DNA of 64,000 nt from Clostridia bacterium (GCA_017517685.1 JAFWYK010000010.1:130499-194498), one strand, 5' to 3'. Counted from the stretch's first letter, positions 27,762 to 38,053 are shown. Notes: generated by a model not told the origin, from the letters alone. A program made the numbers and translations.

Positions 27762-29453
27762 ATGATTGAAAATATTTTTTATAATGTTGTGTTCTTTGGA
27801 TCAATTATAAGTTTGTTTATAATCCCATTATTATTATTTTTGTCCAAGAACAAACACAAATACAAATTAAAAAATGTTTATAAAATTTATATGATAATTG
27901 TACTATTATTGATGTTGCTTATTACAGGTATTGATTTTTATAGTATAAAAAGAATTATTAATAAAAACGCAACTTTTAGTAATAATGATGTGCATGTAGA
28001 AAATATGCAACCTGAAATTATACTTGAAAAACCTGAAATAATAATTGAGGTAAATGAAAGTATTAATATAAAAAATAATTTCTTGTCTGACATTTATCAT
28101 GTTTTACCTAAATTATGGATTACAATAACTATATTACTTTTGGCGTATAATTTATTTATGTATATGAATTTCTTAAGTCGCGAAAAGAAGTATTTTTGTA
28201 AGGTCTATAATAAAGAAATAGATCTTATAATCTCAAATATATGTAATATATTAGGTCTGAATAAGGTTGATTATAAATTTTCTGATAAAGTAACAACACC
28301 AATGGTAGTTGGGTTATTCAAAAAAATTATAATACTTCCAAGCAATATTACAAGTATAGATAATTATGATATGGTTTTAAAACATGAAATTGTTCATATA
28401 AAAAATAAAGATATAGAATGTAAATTCTTGTTATTATTTTTAAGAATTATTTATTGTTTTAATCCTATAATATATAAATTTGTTGAACAAATAGATGAAG
28501 TATTAGAATTAAGATGTGATGAGATTGTTCTAGAAAATCAATCACAAGAATATAAAATAAAATATGCTCAAGTACTATTAAATCAAATTGAATCTAATAG
28601 AAAACAAAGATATGTTTTTTCTATGAATTTTGCAAATAAGAGAGGTAATATAATGAGAAGATTTTCTAACATTGTAGATAAGACAAAAAAGAAAAATGTT
28701 ATTGGAATATCTTGTGTAACTGCTGGAATTATTATTGTTTCTTCAGCAATTATTTTCTCAATACCAAGTGTGAATTTTGCAGTATTTAAAGAAAATGGTT
28801 TAGAAGAAGTTGAGAATAATACAGTTTTAGAAACTACAAAAGAAGAAACAGTAGAAAATATTGTAAAAGATAATACTAGTGATAATACAGAAACAGCCAA
28901 AAATGTTGTTGTAGAAGAACAAACTAATACAACAATAAGTGAACCTGTATTAGAGAATGAAACAAAAGATGAATCTAATAATGTTGATGATGTAAAGAAT
29001 AATGATAAAGCAGAAAAAATAGTAGAACCAACTGTGCAAGAAGAACCTAAATTAATAACAACAAAGAAAGTTTCAACGGTAAGTAAAGAGTTTTTTTCAC
29101 CTGTTAGTGGTGGAATACCAATTACAACTAAATTTAGTGGAGTAGGAAACCATGCAGGAGTAGATTATAAATTAGAACAAGGAAAAACAATTCAAGCAGC
29201 AGCTTCCGGTAAAGTTATATATTCAGGATATAAAGGTTCTTATGGTAATTGTATAATTATTGAACATGAAAATGGATTTAGGACTGTATATGCACATTGT
29301 AGTGAATTATTAGTAACAGTTGATGAGCAAGTAACTACTGGACAAAAAATAGCAGAATCAGGTGCAACTGGAAATGCAACTGGACCATGTTTACATTTTG
29401 AAATTAGAGATGCGGAAGGAAGGTATGTAGATCCAGAAATGTATTTAAATTAA
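27762..29453 (+). CDS. BlaR1-type M56 peptidase/sensor fused to a C-terminal M23 (LytM-type) peptidase domain
   Basis: HEIVHIKNKD (M56 HExxH) in the polytopic N-half. C-terminal HAGVDY...GSYGNCIIIEHENGFRTVYAHC...GPCLHFEIR is the M23 signature. No PBP-type sensor domain. Confidence 0.8.
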   Translation: MIENIFYNVVFFGSIISLFIIPLLLFLSKNKHKYKLKNVYKIYMIIVLLLMLLITGIDFYSIKRIINKNATFSNNDVHVENMQPEIILEKPEIIIEVNESINIKNNFLSDIYHVLPKLWITITILLLAYNLFMYMNFLSREKKYFCKVYNKEIDLIISNICNILGLNKVDYKFSDKVTTPMVVGLFKKIIILPSNITSIDNYDMVLKHEIVHIKNKDIECKFLLLFLRIIYCFNPIIYKFVEQIDEVLELRCDEIVLENQSQEYKIKYAQVLLNQIESNRKQRYVFSMNFANKRGNIMRRFSNIVDKTKKKNVIGISCVTAGIIIVSSAIIFSIPSVNFAVFKENGLEEVENNTVLETTKEETVENIVKDNTSDNTETAKNVVVEEQTNTTISEPVLENETKDESNNVDDVKNNDKAEKIVEPTVQEEPKLITTKKVSTVSKEFFSPVSGGIPITTKFSGVGNHAGVDYKLEQGKTIQAAASGKVIYSGYKGSYGNCIIIEHENGFRTVYAHCSELLVTVDEQVTTGQKIAESGATGNATGPCLHFEIRDAEGRYVDPEMYLN

Positions 29454-29635
29454 ATAATTGAAATATAATAAAAAATAAGCTATAATACAAATAACTTAAG
29501 TGATAATCGTATGAAGACACGATTGAAGATTAGAGATATGTTGACCACATATCTCTTTTTTGTTGATTTGATATTGAATAAAATATTATTATATGATTTA
29601 ATTTTATTAAATAAATATATAAAAGAGGTGTTTAT

Positions 29636-30340
29636 ATGAAAGATAATAATGTAAATAATAAGAAGAATAAAATATTATTTGTGGTATTAATAATAATAGC
29701 AATTATATTAATTCATTTTGTAAGAAATGCAATTATTATAAAATCTTTAGCTAATAAAGTGGAAGAATTGAAAAGTAGTGAATTAAATAATTATCATATT
29801 AAGTGGGTATCGTATTCTTTTGATACTACAACTGTATTTGATATTTATTATAAAGATGGAATGTATAGAAAAGATACATATAAATTAGATTATACTCATC
29901 CAACGCTACCGTATACAAAAGTATCTGAATATAAATTAAAAGATGGTTCAAAAGTTGGTATTTTTGAATTAGATCAAAAAGTAAAAACATATGATAAAAA
30001 TGATGAGCAAACTCAAGATGATTCTTTAATTTCTATAGCAAATTTTTCACATATTGAGATGTATTTGGTTACACCAAGTTCATTTATTAATAATTGTTTA
30101 TTAAATATAATAACAAAAGATAAAAATAATGGAGAAGATGTTTATAAAGTAACCTCAATATTTGATGATAAAACAGAATATTTTAGTTGTGATACAGGTT
30201 TAACTGTAAGATCAGATTCTTGGTATAGTACTAATACTAATTTTTATAATACACGTACAGATATTTTAATAGAGTTTGATTGTGTAACAGATGAAGATAT
30301 GATAGTACCAGATTTGGAAGGATATACTAATATTGATTAA
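29636..30340 (+). CDS. N-terminally anchored hypothetical protein (paralog of 25802..26380)
   Basis: TM anchor, SD AGAGGTG, shared C-terminal motif. Confidence 0.65.
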   Translation: MKDNNVNNKKNKILFVVLIIIAIILIHFVRNAIIIKSLANKVEELKSSELNNYHIKWVSYSFDTTTVFDIYYKDGMYRKDTYKLDYTHPTLPYTKVSEYKLKDGSKVGIFELDQKVKTYDKNDEQTQDDSLISIANFSHIEMYLVTPSSFINNCLLNIITKDKNNGEDVYKVTSIFDDKTEYFSCDTGLTVRSDSWYSTNTNFYNTRTDILIEFDCVTDEDMIVPDLEGYTNID

Positions 30341-30403
30341 TTTTTAATTGATATACTTATCGATTATGATAAGATAATAAGCAATCTTAGAAGGGAATAA
30401 TAA

Positions 30404-31072
30404 ATGATGAAAAAAGTATTTATTGTTATTATAGTTTTTGTTTTGATATTATTAAGTTTAGGATTGATATTTAAACAAAATATTGCTGAATTTTACACTG
30501 AAAAAATTTTAATGAAAGAATATGAAGAAAAATATTCAAAAGTAAAAAGCATTGATTATGAAATTGAATATAATAAAATTGAAAATAAGGTTTTAGAAAA
30601 TGAAATAGAATTAGGAAATTTAAAGGCTTCAATAATAAACTTTAATATCTCAGAAGAAAATAAAATGGAGATAGACTTAAAATTTTTTGGTAAAGAGCAA
30701 TTAAATGCAGTAGGGTATATTTTAAGAGTATATAATGATAAATACCATTTAGGAGATAGATATGATGGTAGTGTTTCAATAACAGGTGCTGATAATGCAA
30801 TGTATAGTGAAGTTTTTTATTCAAAAGTGTTTGAAGAATATTCTTTTGAAAAAAACTTATTAAATGTTACTAGTTTTTCATCACAAAAAGAATTGTTAGA
30901 TAGTGGTGAAGTAATATATAAGCTAATTTATGAATTGCCAGAAGAATTTCTTGTGCAAGATAAATTAAATATAAATTTATTTGATATAAATTATCAGTAT
31001 ATAGGAAATAAAGAATTTTATAAAGTTGCAGAACCATTATGTGAATTAAATTATACAATTAATATTAAATAA
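30404..31072 (+). CDS. N-terminally anchored hypothetical protein
   Basis: Signal-anchor followed by a 200-aa soluble region. Terminator at about 31170..31212. Confidence 0.6.
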   Translation: MMKKVFIVIIVFVLILLSLGLIFKQNIAEFYTEKILMKEYEEKYSKVKSIDYEIEYNKIENKVLENEIELGNLKASIINFNISEENKMEIDLKFFGKEQLNAVGYILRVYNDKYHLGDRYDGSVSITGADNAMYSEVFYSKVFEEYSFEKNLLNVTSFSSQKELLDSGEVIYKLIYELPEEFLVQDKLNINLFDINYQYIGNKEFYKVAEPLCELNYTINIK

Positions 31073-31255
31073 TAAAAAATAGAGAATATGATTCGTTAAT
31101 TATAGTTGTTTACAAGTATGAATGCAGAAAATAATTATAAAGTTTATGAATAGGATAATTAAGAGGAAATAAAGTACCCCATCTTGTATTTATATTACAA
31201 GATGGGGATTTTTATTCATCATATAATAAATATTCTATAAGATTTGAACGATAAC

Positions 31256-31669
31256 CTAGACGACGATCTTGGTATGAATATAAAATGTAATAATTTTAAT
31301 ACTTGTATCAGGAAGTGTTTTGGGTACTTCTGTTATTGCATAATATAAACATAAGTATTCTGTAGATTCATTGTATACTATTTTTTTAATAAAAAACCAA
31401 GGTTTTTTATTATGAGATATTAGGTATTGGTTTGTCAGAAATGTAAAAATAAAAAAAAGAATAATAATTATTTCTAATATTATTATAAATAATCGATTTT
31501 TTTTATTGCATCTATTCATATAAATGATAGAACCTATAAAACAAAGTAAAATGAAAATATTTAAATATAAATGGCTTTTTGCAACAGCTAATATCCATAA
31601 AGAAAAGGTAACAAATAAAAATGACAATATAAAAATTATTGATAAAATATGTATTAAAAATTTTTTCAT
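31256..31669 (-). CDS. Small polytopic membrane protein
   Basis: Three or four hydrophobic helices, SD GGGTGA. Confidence 0.55.
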   Translation of the reverse strand: MKKFLIHILSIIFILSFLFVTFSLWILAVAKSHLYLNIFILLCFIGSIIYMNRCNKKNRLFIIILEIIIILFFIFTFLTNQYLISHNKKPWFFIKKIVYNESTEYLCLYYAITEVPKTLPDTSIKIITFYIHTKIVV

Positions 31670-31920
31670 ATTAATAATTCACCCGTTTAAATATATTGAA
31701 ATAATTATATCATATATTGGATGTTAGTAAATAATATTAAAAAAGATTAATAAAAGATCTTATTATTGAATTTTATTAAATAATAAGAATGATGAAAAGA
31801 TTTATAAATTATAACATAATTTAAAAGTATTTGGGATTATTGGTTATGAATTCCTAAATTCACACCCTTAAAATGATTGTAAGCCTTAGAAAATAAATGA
31901 ATAGAGTGTTTTTTTCTGAG

Positions 31921-31932
31921 CATCTGCACCAA
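31921..31932 (+). repeat. att-type direct repeat (copy 3, distal end of the islet array), followed by terminator 31932..31961
   Basis: CATCTGCACCAA. Its terminator AATCTTGAG/CTCAAGATT is related to those after copies 1 and 2. Confidence 0.8.
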
Positions 31933-32074
31933 ATCTTGAGAGAAATCTCAAGATTTTTTTTATTTAATCAAAAATCTATTTAATTAAATGTATTAATGTG
32001 ATAATATATATTAAATGCTTTTTTGGCATTTGCATTTAAATTTTATTAGTAAGAACACTAGGAGGTAGTAAATT

Positions 32075-32758
32075 ATGAAATTACTTATTGATGATGCAGA
32101 TATCGAAAAAATTAGAAAAATTTATGAATTTTATGCAATAGATGGTGTAACAACAAATCCATCAATTTTAGCAAAATCAGGAAGAAAGCCATATGAAGTT
32201 TTAAGAGAAATTCGTGATCTTTTAGGTGAAGATGCAGAACTTCATGTACAAGTAGTATCTTCAAAAGCTGATGATATGGTAAAAGAAGGAAAGAAAATAG
32301 TAGAGAAATTAGGTAAAAACACATATGTAAAAATTCCTACAGTGCCAGAAGGATTAAAGGCAATGAGAATATTACATAATGAAGGATATAAAATAACAGC
32401 TACTGCAATTTATACACCACTTCAAGCATATTTAGCAGCAAAAGCTGGAGCTAATTATGCAGCACCATATGTAAATAGAATTGATAATTTAGGAACAAAT
32501 GGTATTGAAGTAACAAGAAAAATTCATGATATTTTTGAAAATAATGGATTTAAAACAGAAATTTTAGCAGCAAGTTTTAAAAACTCACTTCAAGTATTAG
32601 AACTTTGTGAATATGGAGTTGGAGCTGCTACAGTTGCACCAGATATTATTGAAGGATTTATTAATAATACTACAAATGTTCAAGCAGCTGTACAAGATTT
32701 TACAGATGATTTTGAAAAATTATGTGGTGAAGGAAAAACAATGTTAAATTGTGATTAA
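32075..32758 (+). CDS. Transaldolase-family protein (fructose-6-phosphate aldolase/Tal type 3B)
   Basis: MKLLIDDADIEKI...GVTTNPSILAK and the Schiff-base lysine context YVKIPT. 227 aa. Confidence 0.85.
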   Translation: MKLLIDDADIEKIRKIYEFYAIDGVTTNPSILAKSGRKPYEVLREIRDLLGEDAELHVQVVSSKADDMVKEGKKIVEKLGKNTYVKIPTVPEGLKAMRILHNEGYKITATAIYTPLQAYLAAKAGANYAAPYVNRIDNLGTNGIEVTRKIHDIFENNGFKTEILAASFKNSLQVLELCEYGVGAATVAPDIIEGFINNTTNVQAAVQDFTDDFEKLCGEGKTMLNCD

Positions 32759-32813
32759 TATGATTATTATAATAAAAAAATACCGCAGTATAAATGCTGC
32801 GGTATTTTTGCCT

Positions 32814-33641
32814 TTATATATTTATTTCATCATCAATATTTTTTGTGTCATTAGATGGTGAATTGTTTTCTATAGTAGTTGGTTGTGCTTTTGGTTTTTC
32901 TATAGTAGAGTTTTCACTATATTGAGATAAATCCCAAGCAGGAGCTTCTGACTGTTTTATATTTTCTACATTTGGACTTATATTTATTTCTTCAACCTCA
33001 AGAGGTGATTTAACAGGTGTTGATTTATCTTTATGGTTGCCTTTTAATTTGTCTTCAATGGCATTGATTGGTTTGGTAATTGCTTTTGAAGCAATTCTAA
33101 TTTTTTCCAATCCACTTGCAGTTGTTTCAACAAGATCCAATTTGTGGAAAGCAGCAGTACCAATAGCAGCACCACCAATATCAGCTGCATATTGCCACCA
33201 TTGAAAAATTCCTGAATTGTTAAATTGAACTGCTTCTGTTCCAAGAGTTCCATAAGCATATGCAATACCAACAGCTGCAGTTGAAAGTAATTTTATAGCA
33301 TTTTTAACTTTTGGATTTATTTCAAAAGGTTCTTTTTTGTTTTCTGGATGTTTTTTATTATACATATTAATTCCAAAATTTGTAATGTCTTCAATTCCAT
33401 TTAAAACTACAGATGATGCAAAGGCACCACCAGCTGGAATGGCCATAGCTCCAAAAAGGTGAGCACCAGTTCTTGCTATTTGATTCCAATCAATAAGATA
33501 TGTATAAAAACCAGTAGCAAAAGTTGCAGCTACAGTTCCAAGCCAAGCGTTTGTTCTGTTTTTTTCTTGTTTTTCTTGTGGAAGAAATTTGGCTATAGTG
33601 TCATCAATTTTCTTTTCAAAAGCTTCGGTTTTTGGATCCAT
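32814..33641 (-). CDS. Hypothetical Gly/Ala-rich membrane protein
   Basis: Several GxxxG/A-rich hydrophobic segments and a polar C-terminal tail. SD AGAGG. Confidence 0.6.
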   Translation of the reverse strand: MDPKTEAFEKKIDDTIAKFLPQEKQEKNRTNAWLGTVAATFATGFYTYLIDWNQIARTGAHLFGAMAIPAGGAFASSVVLNGIEDITNFGINMYNKKHPENKKEPFEINPKVKNAIKLLSTAAVGIAYAYGTLGTEAVQFNNSGIFQWWQYAADIGGAAIGTAAFHKLDLVETTASGLEKIRIASKAITKPINAIEDKLKGNHKDKSTPVKSPLEVEEINISPNVENIKQSEAPAWDLSQYSENSTIEKPKAQPTTIENNSPSNDTKNIDDEINI

Positions 33642-33855
33642 AAGATACCTCTTTCTTAATATTGTTTATTTGACATTATTATAGCAATATGAAAAATAAA
33701 ATTCAACATGTATAAATTGTGAATTTTCACAATTTTCACAAATTATACATAATTTAATAACGGTTATGTAATACAATTCGTTTCACACAGTTTTGAAATG
33801 AACTTGATTTTGGATTTCTATAGATGTTTTGAAATGACTAAAGAGGTGAGACAGT

Positions 33856-34389
33856 ATGAGATATAAAGAATTAGACATCGATAGAATGAAAAAGAATGTA
33901 AGACCTCCGCATATTAGTACCGGTAAGGAAGAAGAAGCGTGGAGGCATTATGACATTGCAAATTGCTATTCGTATGCACTTGGTGTGTTTGAAGATATTG
34001 ATTATTTAAGACCAGGTGAAATTGCGAACATGGAATATAAACCAGAATATTCCGACGAAGAGATTTTAGAAAGAGTAATGCGCGATTTGGAAGTGTTGGG
34101 ACTTGAGACCACACAATCTTCTTTGGAAGAGGTAATTGAAGATGAGTACTCTTGGAAAATTGCTATTATGAATGTAGAAACAGGAGAAGCTCATATTTTT
34201 TATGATTATCATTTCTTAAAGCAAGGAAAAAATCAAAAGTGGTATCATAAACAACCTTATGACCAATTTCCGTCCAGATTCGATTCGCGAAATAAAGAGA
34301 TAGAAAATCCTGAAACAGCAACGTATTCGTTTCACTATCATTTAGTTGGATACTTAGTTGTTCGTCAAGTTCAAACTGCGAGAGCCTAA
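33856..34389 (+). CDS. Hypothetical protein, possible Cys/His papain-fold hydrolase; mildly GC-elevated (cassette F)
   Basis: About 38% GC, with CG dinucleotides that are rare in the host. NCYSYALG (candidate nucleophile Cys) and DYHFLKQGKNQKWYHKQ (candidate His) are spaced as in small cysteine peptidase/amidase folds. Terminator at 34381..34405. Confidence 0.6.
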   Translation: MRYKELDIDRMKKNVRPPHISTGKEEEAWRHYDIANCYSYALGVFEDIDYLRPGEIANMEYKPEYSDEEILERVMRDLEVLGLETTQSSLEEVIEDEYSWKIAIMNVETGEAHIFYDYHFLKQGKNQKWYHKQPYDQFPSRFDSRNKEIENPETATYSFHYHLVGYLVVRQVQTARA

Positions 34390-34610
34390 TTGGGCTCTTT
34401 TTTTATTAGATTTGAAGCGTTTTTTGTTTTGGTATAAAATGTTATATATTTGTTATAGCAAATGATTTTTTTATTTGATAAAATAGCTTAAAGAAATATA
34501 TCTATTAGGAGAATTGTTTGTGATAACAGAAGTTGGTATGAAAAGATTTTTAATAAGGTAAAATTATTGTTTTCTAGATTACTTAATAAAGAATAATTAT
34601 GGAGGTATAT

Positions 34611-35210
34611 ATGAAAAATTTAGACATATTAAGAAAAATTTCACAAGGAATGTATGTTTTGACAACACAAAATGGTGGTTGTATTGTAGATGCAGTTAGT
34701 CAAGTAAGTGCAGGTGATAATCCACTTATAGCTGTTTCTGTAATGAACAAAAATTATACTAATGAACTAATGAAAGTAAATGATAAATTTGCTCTTTCAA
34801 TATTAGATGAGAAAGTAAATGGTGAAATAATTAAAACATTTGGTTTTAATTCAGCAAGAGATATAAATAAATTTGAAAAAGTAAAAACAGAAGAAGTAGA
34901 AGGCGTTAATATAATTTCTGATTCGATTGGATATATGGTTTGTGAAATTATTGATAGAATTCAAAATGATACACATACTTTATTTATCGGAAAATTAATA
35001 GAAGCTGATATGTTTAAAGAATCAAAAGAAATGACATATGCTTATTACCAAGAACATAAAGAAGATATATTAAAAGTTACTACAGAAAATGGAAAAACAG
35101 CATGGGTTTGTATGGCGTGCGGATATGTTTATTATGGAGATGAACTTCCAGAAGATTTTGTATGTCCAGTGTGTGGATTAGGAAAAGAAATGTTTAAGAA
35201 AAAAGAATAA
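34611..35210 (+). CDS. Flavin reductase-like domain fused to a rubredoxin domain (high-molecular-weight rubredoxin type)
   Basis: The N-terminal part is a flavin-reductase-like fold. C-terminal [25 protein letters not shown] carries the rubredoxin CxxC...CxxC. Confidence 0.75.
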   Translation: MKNLDILRKISQGMYVLTTQNGGCIVDAVSQVSAGDNPLIAVSVMNKNYTNELMKVNDKFALSILDEKVNGEIIKTFGFNSARDINKFEKVKTEEVEGVNIISDSIGYMVCEIIDRIQNDTHTLFIGKLIEADMFKESKEMTYAYYQEHKEDILKVTTENGKTAWVCMACGYVYYGDELPEDFVCPVCGLGKEMFKKKE

Positions 35211-35247
35211 AAAATAACGGTCATATTTATATATGACCGCTTTTTTA

Positions 35248-35751
35248 TTATAAGTCTAATTCAATTATTTTGTTGTGTTCAATGCATTTTTTTAAATCAA
35301 GAATTCTTTGATTATCAGAGCCACGAAATCTGATTTCAGGATTCTTTTTTTCTTCAATAAATCTACCATCGACAAGAACATCAATTTTGTTTAAGGTATC
35401 ATTTGTTGTAGGATCATTTCTGTTTTTTAATTCTTCTAAAGTATATCCTGTATAACACCAAATGTTAAAGTTTGGTTTTTCTTTTTTTACACTGTCTATA
35501 AATTTGTTAACACATGCTATGTTTTCTTTACATAGTGGTTCACCACCACTAATTGTAATTCCTGATAAAATTGAATTATCCTTTATTCTATTGATAATAT
35601 TTGCTTCATTAAAGTCTTCACCATAGTTATAGTCTTGAGCAATTTTGTTATGACATCCAGGGCAATTATGAGGACAACCACTAACGAATAAAACTGCTCT
35701 CCAACCTAAACCATTTGAAATACTTTCATCATAAAAGCCTGCTACTTTCAT
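35248..35751 (-). CDS. nrdG: Anaerobic ribonucleoside-triphosphate reductase activating protein (radical SAM)
   Basis: CPHNCPGCHN cluster motif, 167 aa, immediately downstream of nrdD. Confidence 0.9.
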   Translation of the reverse strand: MKVAGFYDESISNGLGWRAVLFVSGCPHNCPGCHNKIAQDYNYGEDFNEANIINRIKDNSILSGITISGGEPLCKENIACVNKFIDSVKKEKPNFNIWCYTGYTLEELKNRNDPTTNDTLNKIDVLVDGRFIEEKKNPEIRFRGSDNQRILDLKKCIEHNKIIELDL

Positions 35752-35761
35752 AAATTATCTC

Positions 35762-38053
35762 CTAAACTAAATTTTGATCAAAACCTGTATGTGTAACTCT
35801 ATCACGAAGTTCAGCAAGTTTTGCTTTATTCCAACGAGATGTTGTACCTACTAAATAACCTGTAATTCTTTGGATTGTGTCGATATTTTCACTTCCGCAT
35901 TTTGGACAAGTAATTAAGTTAGCATCTGCGTTTTCGAATCCACAAGATAAGCATCTTGCTCTTGTATGATTTACACTTCCGTATCCCATATTGTATTTAT
36001 CCATTAAATCTACTACAGCTTTAATTGAGTCAGGATTGTGTGTTGCATCACCATCAAGTTCTATATAAAAAATATGACCTGCTCTACACATTTCATGATA
36101 TGGAGCTTCAATTTTTGCTTTATGTTCTGCTGTACATTTATACCATACAGGAACATGGTTACTATTTGTATAATAATCTCTATCTGTAACACCTGGAATT
36201 ACACCATAAGTTTTTCTATCAAGTTTTGTAAATCTTCCAGATAATCCTTCAGCTGGAGTAGCAATAACAGAATAGTTTAAATTGTATTTTTCAGAAAATT
36301 CTTTTGTTAAATCCCACATTTCGTTGATGATTTCAAGACCAAGTTTTTGTGCTTCTTCGTCTTCACCATGATGTTTTCCAACTAATGCGATTAAACATTC
36401 TGCAAGACCTATAAATCCAACACTTAATGTACCGTGTTTTAATACTTCTGCTACAGAATCATTTGGTTTTAATTTTTCGCTATCAAGCCACATTCCTTCC
36501 ATTAATAATGGGAATTGTTTTGCAATAGCTGTAGATTGGAATTGATATCTTTCATATAATTGTTGTGCAGCAATAGATGTATATTTTTCAAGTTCATTCA
36601 TGAAAATTCTTTTTACTGCTTTTCTATATAAATCTGTCATGTGTTCTGAACTACCGATACCTAAATCGAATTTTTTACCAATTTTTTCTTGCGCTTTTAA
36701 AGCAGATTCAATTGCGATTTTTGGTAAGTTAATAGTAGTAAATGAAAGGTTACCTCTACCAATAGATGTTTTTTCACCATGTCTGTTTTCGAACACTCTA
36801 GTTCTGCAGCCCATTGTAGCACATTCATAATACCAACGTCTTGGATCTGATTCATCCCATTTGTCGTTGTGATTATATGGTGCATCTAAGTTAATGTAGT
36901 TAGGGAAAAATCTTTTTGCAGCAACTTTACAAGAGAATTCATATAAGTCATAGTTTCTATCTTCTGGTAAGTAGTTAAGACCTCTTTTTTTCTTCCAAAT
37001 TTGAATAGGGAATATAGCAGTCTCATTATTACCAACACCTTCTAATGTAGATTGTAATAACTCTCTGATTACGCATCTTCCTTCAGGAGATGTATCAGTT
37101 CCATAGTTAATAGAGCTAAATACAACTTGATTTCCACCTCTAGAGTGGATAGTATTCATGTTATGAATGAATGCTTCCATAGATTGATGTACTCTATCTA
37201 CAGTTCTATTGATAGCAACTTGAATAATTCTATCTTTTCCTTTAATACCTTTTAAATCTTTTTTAATATAGTCTTTAACAGGAGTGTCTAATAATTTTGT
37301 AATATCTTCATTTAGAATTTCACCTTGTTTTTTTATTTCTTCTTCAAATGTTTTTCTAACATATGGAGCTAAGAAGTAATCGAAAGCAGGGATTGCTTGA
37401 CCACCATGCATTTCGTTTTGAATTGTTTCCATAGAAATACAACCTAAAATACTTGCAGTTTCAATTCTTTTAGCTGGTCTAGATGAACCATGTCCAGCTT
37501 TGAAACCATTAGCTAATATTTTATCTAAAGGATGTTGAATACAAGTTAGTGACTTTGTTGGATAGTAATCTTTATCATGAATATGTATATATCCAAGGTT
37601 AACAGCTTCTCTAACTTCTTTTGAAAGTAAAAAGTCATCAACAAATGGTTTTGTTGTTTCAGAAGCAAATTTCATCATCATTCCAGCTGGAGTATCTGCG
37701 TTCATATTTGCATTTTCTCTTGTAATGTCATTAGCTTTGGCACTGATGATATCTATAAACATTTCTCTAGTTTTTGATTTTCTAGCTACATCTCTGTTGT
37801 ATCTATATGTGATATAACTTTGAGCAACTTCTTTTCTACTAGAGCCCATTAATTTCTTTTCAACAGCATCTTGAATTTCATAAACACTTACTTGTGTTTG
37901 ATTTTCAAATTGCTTTTCAACACTCTCAGCAATTTTTGTTGCTAAATCTAAATCTATTCCTTCAATTGTGTGTGACATTGCTTTTGATATCGCATCAACA
38001 ATTCTTTCTCTTTTGAATTCAACTAATCTTCCATCTCTTTTTATAACTTGCAT
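35762..38053 (-). CDS. nrdD: Anaerobic ribonucleoside-triphosphate reductase
   Basis: ATP-cone N-terminus (VIKRDGRLVEFKRERI), C-terminal Zn cysteines and glycyl-radical motif RITGYLV. Start placed at ATG 38053 behind AAGGAGG. Confidence 0.95.
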   Translation of the reverse strand: MQVIKRDGRLVEFKRERIVDAISKAMSHTIEGIDLDLATKIAESVEKQFENQTQVSVYEIQDAVEKKLMGSSRKEVAQSYITYRYNRDVARKSKTREMFIDIISAKANDITRENANMNADTPAGMMMKFASETTKPFVDDFLLSKEVREAVNLGYIHIHDKDYYPTKSLTCIQHPLDKILANGFKAGHGSSRPAKRIETASILGCISMETIQNEMHGGQAIPAFDYFLAPYVRKTFEEEIKKQGEILNEDITKLLDTPVKDYIKKDLKGIKGKDRIIQVAINRTVDRVHQSMEAFIHNMNTIHSRGGNQVVFSSINYGTDTSPEGRCVIRELLQSTLEGVGNNETAIFPIQIWKKKRGLNYLPEDRNYDLYEFSCKVAAKRFFPNYINLDAPYNHNDKWDESDPRRWYYECATMGCRTRVFENRHGEKTSIGRGNLSFTTINLPKIAIESALKAQEKIGKKFDLGIGSSEHMTDLYRKAVKRIFMNELEKYTSIAAQQLYERYQFQSTAIAKQFPLLMEGMWLDSEKLKPNDSVAEVLKHGTLSVGFIGLAECLIALVGKHHGEDEEAQKLGLEIINEMWDLTKEFSEKYNLNYSVIATPAEGLSGRFTKLDRKTYGVIPGVTDRDYYTNSNHVPVWYKCTAEHKAKIEAPYHEMCRAGHIFYIELDGDATHNPDSIKAVVDLMDKYNMGYGSVNHTRARCLSCGFENADANLITCPKCGSENIDTIQRITGYLVGTTSRWNKAKLAELRDRVTHTGFDQNLV

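Larger units (their letters stand above)
26936..31932 (+). mobile_element. Integrative islet 3 (no integrase; BlaI/BlaR1-M23 cargo)
   Basis: Lies between att copies 2 and 3. Its left end carries four ATTTGTNCCCA-type repeats. Confidence 0.6.
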
